Source: Sporopachydermia quercuum (Eukaryota). From it: DNA of 64,000 bases. Position 1 is the stretch's first letter, and each line of letters opens with the position of its first letter. Location: positions 1,178,001-1,242,000 of the forward strand of contig BCGN01000002.1 of the NCBI GenBank assembly GCA_001599295.1, in the 5' to 3' direction. Below, piece after piece: positions 11,850 through 23,615 of this stretch. The position numbers and the translations under genes are program-made. The notes under the pieces were generated by a model. It was not told the DNA's origin, made no database searches, and saw only the letters and a program-made list of their open reading frames with translations.

Positions 11850-14089
11850 TTGTGTATATATGTGTATGTGTAAAATGTGTTTGAATAAATAATGCTATAA
11901 AGATGCAGTAGGAAACGAAACTTAACTTCTGTCCTAAAGCTCTCAAGCTGTCTTTTCAAAGACCCGTAAACAGCTTTTCTCTTGAATACTTCAGTTCAAA
12001 CTGCTTCAAATACTCTGCAAACAAGTCAATGGTCTCAAGATTTATTTAGATACTTTGTTTTCAATACCAAAAATAAACTTGCCCTTAGAAACAAAAAGTA
12101 TCAACTTCCTCCTCGATCGGTGAATTACTTGACTAACCGCTCTAAGTTAATTTGATCCCACATTAGCTGATTCAGCACAACAAAACCGAATTAACCACTA
12201 ATATTAACAAAGAAAATTAACTTGGTATGTTTGGATTTTTCAATCGCTATTATAATCAATTCAATGACTGGTTAGTATTCACTTTCTATTCAATTTGTAC
12301 TTTGGTAGTTTCAATCTTCTCAATCTAGAAACTCACCTTTCNTACAATTCAAATAGTCGAAATTTGATACCAAGTATCTGTATTATTAACTTCACGCTTT
12401 CAATGAAGACAATTGTATTACTGTAGATTATATACATTTATTGAAGTCCTCATACTTCTCCTCCGCTTCATTGCTTAAGGAAAAGAAGTGGCTATTTTCC
12501 ACTTTCAAAATGTAAAACACAAATTTCCACACTGGCATTTCCGATTATTGTCTTTGCCATGATAAAAGGTGGAAGGAGGTGGAACTTTGCCGTGAAATTT
12601 TTCACCGTGACAATCAAACATTTGTCACATAGAGAGCCAAAGTTCTTCATCTATTTTGTCTCAGTTGCACTAGAAATAGGAGGCTAGCAATTGACAACTA
12701 CGTTACATCGAATTAATATAGAATGAAGAGCCATACGTTAGTAAATCAAAATATGTAATTCGAAGTTATGATTTTTTTTTAGTGCTGTATACTTCTTTTT
12801 ACTTTGCTCCTATGGAGAGGTAGGTATTCACATCAGAGTTTTTCATGACTGAAAGGTGACTGAAAAGTCGAGTGGGCTTAACGTGTCCAGAGAGCGTAAC
12901 AGGATTAAAAAAACACTCGTTTTGTTTTGTCATCAGGATGATGCTCATCACTATCACTATCACTATCACCACTCAGTGCACCCAATAGATAAATGTATAA
13001 CGAAATAAGTAAGAGGAAAAAACAGGAAAGAAATAATTGATTTTAGCCACCTAGTTTTTCAATAATAGACTATAATTCTTGATCAGTGTTAGTCAAAATG
13101 TTAATGCCCTCTGTTAGTCCACCTCAGCAACTAAGAATTTGTTCACACGTGACCCAGAGCAAACTGACTATCCAGCCAGAATCAGGTTTCGTCCTACTCA
13201 ATTCAAAGGTGACAATGTAAAGGGATGGATTACTAGAGTATATATATGACTAAAATATATAGGAGTTTTAGTTCAAACATAGCGTAACATATTACAATTT
13301 ATATTACTTCTCAAACAGCTGCTGCTCGTTCCAATTGATGTTCGAAGATCATTTGAGTAAGCACCATTCAGGAAAGTTGTCGTTAAGTTTCCTTTTGAGT
13401 CTAAATTAAGGGTACTCAATCAGNTGTATTTTGTCAGATTTGTCATCCTGAATCATTTCCATTGCAACCAAACGATCATAGGAGTCTTTCAAAACATTCG
13501 TTCAACCTCTTGTTTCTTTCACTTGGCATTAGTTCCAATCGTTCAGAAGAGCTATAGAATCTTCTTAGATGCCTACTTGACTTTTATTTTTTTGAGATTT
13601 TCTGAAAAATTATGTAAGGGTCCTAACTTTTAAGACGGTCGGTCGTGAACTTATGACATTTATAACTATTGTCATATTACGTGAACNTAAATACTGGCGT
13701 GACTGTATTTATTATGCCCGAAATGAATGGGTGTAGATGAAGATGTCCCATATTAGGGGTGACTTAAATTACTTGATGAAGTATAAAAGTGTAGAAATAG
13801 TATGTCAGCTATGCTATGTATATCAGATTGTTCTGACTAGTGTATGTAGCTCCTGCTGATGGAATTTATGTAACTGTTACTCATGTTATCTGTACGGGGT
13901 TATTGGATGTATAACTGTTCATGGATGATTGATAAAATTATAATTAATTTTTTCTACTAAAAATAAATGGAGTAAGATTTTGGTTTCATTGTTCTTCCGA
14001 GATGAAACATCTAATATATTACATACTATCACAGTACAATGTTGCTTGAAGAGGGTGGATTATAAGGTAACTCGTACTGTATCTTGAAT

Positions 14090-15287
14090 TTATTTATGAA
14101 TATATCCTTTTTCACCTAAAATCCTTTCTAAAGACTTCCAAAACAACTCCACAACTTCCGAATCTCTGAACCTTCTTGTCTTAGCAAGAGCTATGCATTC
14201 AACATTCCATTTCTTTACAGGTTCTGGTATTTTTTCTCCTTGATAATAAAAGCAGAATCCTTTAGTCTTTTGAAATAATTCTTCGGGATTGCTCCACTTA
14301 TAGTTTTTAAACTGCCATTCCTGTCCAGTTGTGAAGACTGCAACAACTCTATCCCAATATTCTGGTTTAAACCTAGCAACAGAATCTACAACCAAGAATC
14401 GAATAGGTTTTTCAAGCCTTCTGGAATTTCTCACAATATACAAATGATCGGTATTGGCTAACCCTAATCTAGTTGCATCGACAAAAGACCCTCGTTCTAA
14501 GAAGTCTTTCACATTTTTCAATGTGATCAACGAAGAAGCTGATGGTGACAGTACAATTATCGGGTCTTTCAAGACAGCTCTCTTGGTAGGTGTGGCTTCA
14601 GCTGTCTTGAAGGAGTCGGGATTTGACTTCAACGGTTTCATTATACTAACTTCACATTCTATCATTGCCGATGAAAAATTCTAGACATCATCAATGTTAG
14701 CCTCTGAGATGTCATTAAAGATTTATATACATGCCGAATTAACATCAATTGAATAAAAGTAAACTTACCAGTCTCTTTGTTCCATGCAGCTGAGAATTAT
14801 GATCCAATATATCTATTTCTGTCTCACTGAGTACTTTGTCCAAACCAGTTAAAACCTTTCTTTTGGATGGTACAACTGGTCCCTTCGCCTGCGATTTCTT
14901 CACATCTGATCCAAGGAACTCTGATTTTTCCGTTTTCCCCGATAGCCACGTCACCAAATCAGTACGAGCCATAAATTCAACAAAAGAAACATTATTATCC
15001 TCACACTTCTTCATGTAATCATTTACACTCATGTCACGGCATAGCCAACAATTATACACAGCTTTCAACTCATGCTTCCTCCCATCAACTTCAAATCTAG
15101 TGAGCAGATCCAATGGAAATATAAACCCGTGCTCATCGTTTTCTCCTCTGGCAATCCACAAATGGTTTGCTTCAGCTAAACTATCTGCAGTTTCTGATGT
15201 TCTGTCATTTCCTTTAAGTAACTTTGGTGTCAACTTCTTTACTAAACACCCTCTTAGTGCATATAACGGATCAGCTGGTTTGAACAT
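14090..15287 (-). CDS. CDC73: Paf1 complex subunit Cdc73. Exons 15287-14769, 14680-14090
   Basis: DPIIVLSPSASSLITLKNVKDFL; YWDRVVAVFTTGQEWQFKNYKW. An 88-nt GTAAGT...GCTAAC...TAG intron joins two ORF-track ORFs in frame. Confidence 0.95.
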
Positions 15288-15907
15288 CTTTCTTTCGTCC
15301 AGTATCCTTTATTTTCCAATATATTCCTTCTGTATCTCCAAACCCAACCATATACTATTGAACTTCTCTTATGAATTAAAACAATGTGCACATGCTATTA
15401 AGACACTCTTTTTTCAGTTATGATTGACGGTACAAATAGTTGAACTATCCCATCAACAATCATACAGTATTAAAATGTGCATTTTCCCTTGCAATCTAAA
15501 GGGGGTAATACTGAAGAGTGAAAAGCGAATTAATATGACGTAATCCGAATCGGCTCCACTTCTAGTAGTTATCTTATCCTGCGAAAAAGGACAATTTACT
15601 GTAATCAACGATTCTTTTACATATAATTCAAATAGTCAATAGATGATTTATGATACAACTAGATTTTATATCAATCAGTTATATAGACTATTAAAAACAA
15701 CCTTATAGAAGGAAAACTTTGGTAAAGATTCAGGTTCATTAAGTTCTCCATGTTTATCTTGTATGGCACCTCTAACGTACCCTGTGACTATCATAGATCG
15801 ACTGATCGTCTGGTATTAGAGGAACAGCAGTCAAAACGGAACTTATTACTTCAGGTTTGGATTCAATAATTGTGAGAACATAAAATGAAAAAAATTGTTA
15901 TTGGAAT

Positions 15908-17437
15908 ATGGAACAAATTACAGAATGGTTTTTAGAAGCGAAAAAAATTTTGGTTGAGGCAGATCAAATATGTTCCAAAGCGAATCAAATTGCCATTGAG
16001 TTGAGANTAACTCAACAGAAGGCAAATAGTAATCTATCGAAAACTGGTTTCTATGCTACATCCATACATCAGCAGATAAGCATACTTAGAGGAATCTATC
16101 AAACGCATTTTAAGTATTTCTCTCGGATCAAGCAAATGAAAAATGTATGTGATTTAGTACAGTTTATTTTATTATCATTTTCGTTCCAATCTAACTATTA
16201 TCAGGTCGTACTAAATTATGTTGAAAATAACAGAACTCAGCTAGAAGAAATCATAGAACAATTGAAAGGGATTACTATAGATGAGAATTTGATCAGAAAA
16301 ACCAAAGAAATTTTATTGGAGCTTCCTAAAAATTCTGATTTTATTGACGAGAATATACATCAAGAACAGCAGTCCGATATTGATGATAAATTCCTAACTA
16401 CCAAGAGTCTATACGATTTTGTCTCCGAAGACTCGATAGCAGAAGTGTTAAGATCCTTGTCACTTTTGGAAGAAAGATTTTCTTTAAGGTATGAGAGATT
16501 TCTAGATAAGCTTGAATCTTTTGACTCTAATATATCTAGCTTTGAATCCAGCATCAGAGATTTAGAATCTAGAATAAATACAAACAAACTATCAGAAGAT
16601 GCAGAACAGTTAGTCGTGACTATAGAAGAAGTTATACACGATATGGCGCAGATTCTTGAATCATTTACTACACATTATGATTTGTGCTCAAGAGCAATGA
16701 AACTGTCTCAAAATCTTGATCTACCTGGGGATGATAACGAGCTGAACACTATCTTAGAAGTTCTCTTTAACGATGAGAGTGAAGTACCAGAAGTATTTTC
16801 AGAACTCCACAATTTATTTTCCGTGATGGAGACAACAAAGATCAAGTTTTTGAACATTCATGGAATGCTTTTAGATGGTAAGCAAGAAATGGAAGAAATC
16901 GTTGCTCAAATTAGTGAATTCCCTGATGGTAATATTGTTTCACGTAGTATAGAAAATTCTGTTAGCTCCAAGAGTAATACGTCAGAGGAACTTGAAAACG
17001 ATTTTGAAGGAGAGGAGATCATTTCCGCAGTAGATTNATCATTTATTCCAAATCTCATAAATGACTGTGTTCCCATTTTACGGGAACTTTATCAGATTTC
17101 GAGTAAGCCTTTAATTTTAGTTGACTATTTTCAACATTTCATGAAAGCTTATTATCAGCTGATCTTGGAAATAGATAGAAGAAATCGTGTCCAGAATGAG
17201 ATAGGTGAAGAAATTGAACAATTTCTAATGGAACTTAACAGAAAGCGTGATAATGAAGTGAAAACTAGAGAACGTTTTATGAAGCAATTTGCTGCTTATT
17301 TACCGAGCGACATTTGGCCAGGAATAGCTGCACCACCATCATACTATGAAATAGTAGAGAAATCTAAAATACCATCACCTCAACTGAATGAATCTACGAT
17401 AATGAAGGCGAAATCTGCTTTAAAGTCTTTAGACTGA
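15908..17437 (+). CDS. ATG17: Autophagy scaffold Atg17; probable in-frame intron 16145-16204
   Basis: WFLEAKKIL, KSLYDFVSEDSI, MAQILESFTTHYDLC, AYYQLILEIDRR, RERFMKQFAAYLPSDIWPG are Atg17-type motifs. Confidence 0.92.
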   Translation: MEQITEWFLEAKKILVEADQICSKANQIAIELRXTQQKANSNLSKTGFYATSIHQQISILRGIYQTHFKYFSRIKQMKNVCDLVQFILLSFSFQSNYYQVVLNYVENNRTQLEEIIEQLKGITIDENLIRKTKEILLELPKNSDFIDENIHQEQQSDIDDKFLTTKSLYDFVSEDSIAEVLRSLSLLEERFSLRYERFLDKLESFDSNISSFESSIRDLESRINTNKLSEDAEQLVVTIEEVIHDMAQILESFTTHYDLCSRAMKLSQNLDLPGDDNELNTILEVLFNDESEVPEVFSELHNLFSVMETTKIKFLNIHGMLLDGKQEMEEIVAQISEFPDGNIVSRSIENSVSSKSNTSEELENDFEGEEIISAVDXSFIPNLINDCVPILRELYQISSKPLILVDYFQHFMKAYYQLILEIDRRNRVQNEIGEEIEQFLMELNRKRDNEVKTRERFMKQFAAYLPSDIWPGIAAPPSYYEIVEKSKIPSPQLNESTIMKAKSALKSLD

Positions 17438-17670
17438 ATTATTCAGTGTTGCTGATCGAAACACCGATTATATTTGCTTATCAGCATCAATACCTGTGTA
17501 CTTGTAATTCTTATGAATCTCTTGGAATGAGACTTTTAGGAAATGGATTATGTGTGACTAATATATAAGAAAGTCTAATTTATCTCTATATTACTTCTGT
17601 AAAACAAGATAAGATATATACAAGCACGAAAAAGAAAAAAAGTGTTTCTTTCACAGCGTTCACAGCTTAA

Positions 17671-19239
17671 TTAGCTGTAACTCAATTCTTTCTCTAAAAA
17701 CAGTTCCTTCACTCCATCAACAGAAATCATAATAGGTTTCTTATCTAAACGATGTCTTAATGCAATCAGATTATCAGAATTCTCAAGTTCCTTGTCCCCT
17801 ACCAAAATCAAGTAAGTATACCCTATTGAAATATTATCTTTAATTCTAGAGCCAACTGTTTGATTTCTTGCATCAACATCTACATAGTAAGTGTGAGAAT
17901 TGAAAGCAACAGGAGACGTACTTTTGATTTCAAAGTTGATTGATTCTTCTTCTTCTATGTCATTAATATCACTAGCAAAAGGAATAGAATTCAACTCCTC
18001 TTCGGTCAAAGATTTGAAAGATTCAGCTTTGGTTTTGCCAGATAGAAATACAGCTATCTTCTTGGCATATAAGTTATGCCTTTTAGCTACCGGGATAACA
18101 ACAGCTTGTCTTGGTGATAACCAAAATGGCCAATGTCCTTGATAATGATCAATTAGAATAGCCATAAATCTTTCTAAAGAACCAAAAATTGCCCTATGAA
18201 TCATTACAGGACGTTTCATTTCGATTGTATCATTTACCACTTCACTAGATCTATATTGTAATTCAAATCTAACAGGAAGTTGAAAATCAAGTTGAATTGT
18301 ACCTACTTGATGTTCCTTGTTTAGTCTATCTTTCAACAGAATATCAATCTTAGGTCCATAAAAAGCCCCATCTCCTTCATTAATCTCCCATTCCTTTCCT
18401 GATTTTTTCAAAACCTCCTTCAAAGCTTCCTCTGCATCATCCCAGTCCTTTAAATCCCCAATATAACTTTCTGGTCTAGTGGATAACACCATTCTGTAAC
18501 AACCTAAATCAAAACATTCATAAACTGTGTTTAACATTTGGAGGGTTGAATGAATTTCTGTAAATACTTGATCTTTAGAGCAAAATATATGTCCGTCATC
18601 TTGATGAAATCTTCGAACTCTTGTCAATCCTGATAAAGCGCCCGAGGCTTCATTTCTATGCAATGGGGAAAAATCTGAATATCTAATTGGCAACTCATGA
18701 TAAGATCTATCAAATCTTGAGAACATTAAACAATGGCCTGGACAATTCATTGGTTTCAATCCAAATTCTTCGTGATCATGATGCTCCACACAATCTTTAT
18801 CATGCGAATGTTGGTGACTTTCTTCCTTAGAAACAAATCCTGACACTTGGAACATATCTTCTTTATAATTATCCCAATGCCCACTTTTCTTCCACAGCTG
18901 TGACTTATAAATGATTGGTGAAACAACTTCTTCAAATCCATACCATTTTTGTTGTGCTCTCATGAACTTGATCAAATTATTGAATATTCTTGTNCCATGT
19001 GGTAAAAAAAATACCGAGCCTGGTGTCACTGGATGAATCATATATAATTGCTGTCTGGTACCAATTGATAGATTAGTCACTGCTGATGAGTCGGCTTTCT
19101 CGCTATAAAACCGCTTAATGTGATGCGATACCCTTTTTCCACATCTCGGAAATTTTCGTTTGATTAAACCAGAATGATGTAGAAAAATAGAGTATTCATT
19201 AAATACCTTGATCCCAGGTTTCGTAAGACGTATCGTCAT
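17671..19239 (-). CDS. MST1: Mitochondrial threonyl-tRNA synthetase
   Basis: Basic presequence-like N-terminus; LWKKSGHWDNY, LKPMNCPGHC, LHRNEASGALSGLTRVRRFHQDD, GAFYGPKID, HRAIFGSLERF. No N-terminal editing domain. Confidence 0.95.
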   Translation of the reverse strand: MTIRLTKPGIKVFNEYSIFLHHSGLIKRKFPRCGKRVSHHIKRFYSEKADSSAVTNLSIGTRQQLYMIHPVTPGSVFFLPHXTRIFNNLIKFMRAQQKWYGFEEVVSPIIYKSQLWKKSGHWDNYKEDMFQVSGFVSKEESHQHSHDKDCVEHHDHEEFGLKPMNCPGHCLMFSRFDRSYHELPIRYSDFSPLHRNEASGALSGLTRVRRFHQDDGHIFCSKDQVFTEIHSTLQMLNTVYECFDLGCYRMVLSTRPESYIGDLKDWDDAEEALKEVLKKSGKEWEINEGDGAFYGPKIDILLKDRLNKEHQVGTIQLDFQLPVRFELQYRSSEVVNDTIEMKRPVMIHRAIFGSLERFMAILIDHYQGHWPFWLSPRQAVVIPVAKRHNLYAKKIAVFLSGKTKAESFKSLTEEELNSIPFASDINDIEEEESINFEIKSTSPVAFNSHTYYVDVDARNQTVGSRIKDNISIGYTYLILVGDKELENSDNLIALRHRLDKKPIMISVDGVKELFLEKELSYS

Positions 19240-20073
19240 GACTTTCTATTCAGTGATCTTATCCTAATCTGTCTTTCTATATGTCTTATCATATATCGAT
19301 GCCACAGTTTATCTGTATGTACCAATGCGACCTCCATTCAATCGATAGACTTTCAACCAACCTTTAACAATATCCCTACATAGAATCCATGTATCAGTAT
19401 TCTCTACAAATAGATTACAATGAGCATGGTTTAAATCTCTACACTCCTCTTTTATATCTTCATATCTATATCAATTTGTCAACTAACTCAACGTTGATTT
19501 CTCTCTTCTATCTTTTCTCGACTTCTCAATCTTATTCAATAAATGATTATGTCATCGTAATATAATCAATTGGGAGCCTCATACATAGAAGCCCATAATT
19601 ATTTGACCTAATCATTGTAATAATACAATTAAGATCATGAAACTAGTAAGTAAAAGCTCTCTTTGCGTAAATTCAGGTTTGTGGTAATTGGCAGATCCTA
19701 GATCTATGATCTATTATATTCGTACGAAATATTGGTTCCTCTTCTTCTTTGCTAATCGTACTTGATGCTATTTCTTAGATTAGGCCTGAGGTTACGAGTA
19801 AAGATCCATACGATTTTATATGGATCAGCTCTATGATAACGGAAGATATTAACTAGAAAGACAAGCTTGAATAAGCGAACAGGATATGGTCCATTATGGG
19901 ATATTAATGGTGATTATTATACCTATAATGATTTGATAAAGAAGAATACTGCTTATTGNATTATATTAGATAATATTTAATTATCCCAGAATTAGTAACT
20001 GAGAACTTACTGCAATCCATTGAGTAGAGTTGTTAGCTCAAGCAGCAGCAGTAGTAATTTTTTTTTCTTTGCT

Positions 20074-22239
20074 ATGGCCAACTCCAACCGCATCAATAGA
20101 AGTGTTGGGTCTTTGAATGAATCGGATCAAAGAGATATATTGGAATTAGAGAAAACTGACGATGAGCCTGAAAATCAAGGACTGGTGGATCAACTAAAAA
20201 GGTTATCACTAAAAGTGAATGAATTACATGATGAGTCAATCAGTGTTGAAGGTAGTTTAGAAAGACTTAGTATTTCTGTTGATGGTGACGAATCTTCAGA
20301 GGATGAAAATGAGAATAAAAACAAAGTCAAAAATAAAAACCAGAAAGAATCTGAAGAGATCGAAGTATCTCTAATTAATCAAGACAAGCAACGGCAATTC
20401 AGCTTACTAGGGAATATACCAGTAATGAATGTTCTTAGCCCATTCAACTTTTTCTATCGTGCTAAAGATGTGCCGAAATCTGTTGAAGCAGTTGATGATA
20501 GTATATCATCTAGATCCCCAAAGAACGTTATATTTGAAAGTACCCCGAAGTCCAAATCAACTGAGACTGAGACAGGTAATCATGTTTATAAGCTGAAATT
20601 GAAACCTCTTTCACCAAATAAAAATAAGGGGACAGATGAAATTTTGAAAACTCCTTCAAAGCTTGGTTTCAAAGGCAGTACATCAAGTGCAACTACAACC
20701 CCAAGAACGAATGCAACTACAATTACAACCACAACAATTCCATTACCTCATCCGAAAGGAAAGGACAACTCCACAGCAAAATCCAATAGAGAACCCTCGG
20801 TTGAGGAAGTTCCTGCAAGCAGTATTAATGATCTAATACTATTTGAAAACGAAATCCTGGAAGTTATTTTCAATAAAATAATTCTCTGTAACGAACAAAT
20901 CAACGCAATGAAAGACAATGAATCTGACAGCATGGATCTTTATTTCAAACTTCTGGATCATCATATAAGTCTCAATGAAGTCACAACTAAATTATATGAA
21001 ATTGCGCACTATATCAGGTCATTATATGATCTCTTACGACGAACAATTGTTGCGGTATCGAGAGACTCTAGAGTGCTCTTGAAAATGGTTATAGAGTGTC
21101 TTCCTCCTGCTTTAATACGTGAACTACAATACGAGATAACTGAACTTTCCTCGGATATAATAACCCTTGAGGATTTCAACGATTTGAAGAGTTTCAATAG
21201 AGCCTTGTCTAATAATAAATACATTATTCAAATGAAAGCAACAATGACAAAGATAAGGCATCTTGAGATTTTAAAAGATGTTTCTTTTGATGATGAGCTC
21301 GATAGCCTGACAAATGATATTATCTCTACTATCGAATCAGCACCAGCTATAGATCTGATTCACAATGCTGATTTTTCTTACAATGAGCTAATGCACAATT
21401 CATCATTTTTAATAGACAAAGAACCGCTTGCCAATACGATAGAAGTATTTTCCTCAAGACCCACAGCACAAATAAAGCCAATCCCCCGATTGGAAACGCC
21501 TTTTGCCTCCGAATTATTGGGCACTGGATCAAGACCAGAAGCTGATACGTCAGGCATCGATTCAAATGACACTGAAAGCGAATTCGACGATTATGCCGAA
21601 TACCAGCAATCAATTTCTGATTTTCCTCAGTACAGCTCTCAAAATCAACACACATTTGATACAAGGACTGTAGCATATTCAATTAATGGCCACAAAAGAA
21701 CGATTTCAAATATTGGCCAATATCCTGTTATGATGACTTCTCCAACTTCACGTTCAAATTCAGCTTACTACCAACCCAACCAGGGACACACACAAAGTAT
21801 GGATTTTTACACTCCTCAGAAGCATCTTCAAGATGAAAGGGTATTTGATGGTTCACAGTCTTTATACACGCATAATAGAAGGAACACATCTGTTCATAGT
21901 TTTGGGCGAGCCGAATCAATAGCTGGGGATCTCCACTCGAGAAACATGTCACCTCATAATTCATCAATTGCTCCAAGTGAATATTTCCATCAAAATCCTC
22001 CTCGATGGACAATCCAAAAAGATCAGATATGCAATATGCAAAGCGAGCAAGAAGAACTTTCGGGTATGCAACCAGGTAATAGAGATAATAATTATCTTTT
22101 AAATGGAGTTTTAGGTTCTCCGTATGTTCAAGATGGTATCGTTAAAGGAATGATTCATAATCTTAGTAGAGGAGAAATGAATCAGACTCCATATTCTGGT
22201 TCTCATTTGGGACATTCTTATTCTGGAGGACCGTTTTGA
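20074..22239 (+). CDS. Uncharacterised protein (about 720 aa; disordered ends, central helical region)
   Basis: Uninterrupted 2.1-kb ORF in AT-rich DNA; first ATG at 20074. I recognise no domain. Confidence 0.7.
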   Translation: MANSNRINRSVGSLNESDQRDILELEKTDDEPENQGLVDQLKRLSLKVNELHDESISVEGSLERLSISVDGDESSEDENENKNKVKNKNQKESEEIEVSLINQDKQRQFSLLGNIPVMNVLSPFNFFYRAKDVPKSVEAVDDSISSRSPKNVIFESTPKSKSTETETGNHVYKLKLKPLSPNKNKGTDEILKTPSKLGFKGSTSSATTTPRTNATTITTTTIPLPHPKGKDNSTAKSNREPSVEEVPASSINDLILFENEILEVIFNKIILCNEQINAMKDNESDSMDLYFKLLDHHISLNEVTTKLYEIAHYIRSLYDLLRRTIVAVSRDSRVLLKMVIECLPPALIRELQYEITELSSDIITLEDFNDLKSFNRALSNNKYIIQMKATMTKIRHLEILKDVSFDDELDSLTNDIISTIESAPAIDLIHNADFSYNELMHNSSFLIDKEPLANTIEVFSSRPTAQIKPIPRLETPFASELLGTGSRPEADTSGIDSNDTESEFDDYAEYQQSISDFPQYSSQNQHTFDTRTVAYSINGHKRTISNIGQYPVMMTSPTSRSNSAYYQPNQGHTQSMDFYTPQKHLQDERVFDGSQSLYTHNRRNTSVHSFGRAESIAGDLHSRNMSPHNSSIAPSEYFHQNPPRWTIQKDQICNMQSEQEELSGMQPGNRDNNYLLNGVLGSPYVQDGIVKGMIHNLSRGEMNQTPYSGSHLGHSYSGGPF

Positions 22240-22846
22240 TGTATTTGCCAGCAAATGTTATATGTTATATGTATGTTTACTAGAAATTAGCATGTTTTCA
22301 GTTAAGTATTATAGTCCGACACACATTTATCAGTGTAATAAACCTGTAGGCCCACAATAGCACTTTGAATGGCGGATTGCTGATCTTGATAGGGATTATT
22401 TGAAGGNAAATATATTTATTCCCTTTTTAAATCCTTTCCATTTTGCTATTTAGTCATTAACTACCCTTTTTCTCAAGAATCGAATGCTATTAACCAGAGT
22501 GAAAAAGTAGTTGGCAAGATAGTACCAAAGGATTGCAGCTGTCAAGGATTGCTTATCCAATAATAAACTAGCTTAAGTGAACAACGTATTACAAAAGGTA
22601 AGGAAATGGATACACCATGAAGAACCCCAAAACTTGCATAACAATTGGTTACTCCAAAATCTTACGTAATGGTATAATTGCCTTTTAGATATTTGATATT
22701 TGATATTTGATATTGGAGTATTCAAATACGAAATACGAAGCAAAAGCGGAATGGAAATAAAATCTATTTACAGAANCCCTCCCATGAATAGTTGGAGGTG
22801 ATCACAATTCAAAATCCAACATGAATTAATAAATCAATTTAGTAGT

Positions 22847-23615
22847 CTACTCCAAAGTAACCTTTGCACCAAGACCTTCAAGAGTAGCCTTGATCTTTTC
22901 GGCATCTTCTTTAGCAACATTGTCCTTAAGAACCTTCGGTGCGCTTTCAACAGTCTTCTTAGAATCAACTAAACTTAGTCCCAAAAGAGCCTTAACTTCT
23001 TTGATAATCTTTGGCTTGGCTTTAGCATCAAATGATTCTAACTTGATAGAGAAAATAGTCTTTTCTTCCTTTGGTTCCTCAGCTACTTCAGCTGCCTCTG
23101 AGGCTGCAGGCGCTGCAGGTGCTGCGCCAGCGGCAGGGAAAGATATATCAGGAATGTCAAATCGAGTCTATTTAGTTTGTCAGTATTATTTCTNTAGATA
23201 TGATGCAGATGAAAAAGAAAGAGCAAGGTTGCTCGAAATATCATGACATACCTTCAATTCAGTGATAAGCTTAGAGGTTTCTAACAAAGTCAAAGTGGAG
23301 ATCTGGTCAACAATAACTGCAATTTTGGGATCTAATGGTGCAGCTTCAGTAGATTGATATCTTCTTAATAAAGAAGTGGCTCTGGTACCGCTTGGTCTAT
23401 TATTTTCATGTTAGTAACAGTTATCAATAATGAATTACTCATCCCTCAGTATTGATTTTCTTCTGTAAGTTGAATACAAAAAGAACATTTTAGCCCGTTT
23501 GAAGGCTCAATATTTTATGCACTACTCCACACTACCCACCATCCATTCCGTTCATTTGAACATACCTGACAGCGAACCTTCGGCTTATGCTAACAGTTTG
23601 ACGAGCAACAGACAT
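22847..23615 (-). CDS. MNP1: Mitochondrial ribosomal protein bL12 (L7/L12). Exons 23615-23566, 23396-23252, 23167-22847
   Basis: Sense frame not in ORF track. IVDQISTLTLLETSKLITELK|TRFDIPD...KPKIIKEVKALLGLSLVDSKKTVESAPKVLKDNVAKEDAEKIKATLEGLGAKVTLE. Canonical introns. Confidence 0.95.

Noticed and set aside
12947..12970. ATCACT x4 repeat (and GATATTT x4 near 22688)
   Set aside because: Ordinary microsatellites without spacers; not CRISPR-like or telomeric.
13747..13758. CArG box CCATATTAGG (Mcm1-like)
   Set aside because: Isolated short motif downstream of CDC73 and far from any clear target start; could be chance.
15031..15423. 130-aa plus-strand ORF
   Set aside because: Antisense to CDC73 exon 1 with no recognisable features.
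22890..23246. 118-aa plus-strand ORF
   Set aside because: Antisense shadow of the MNP1 last exon.
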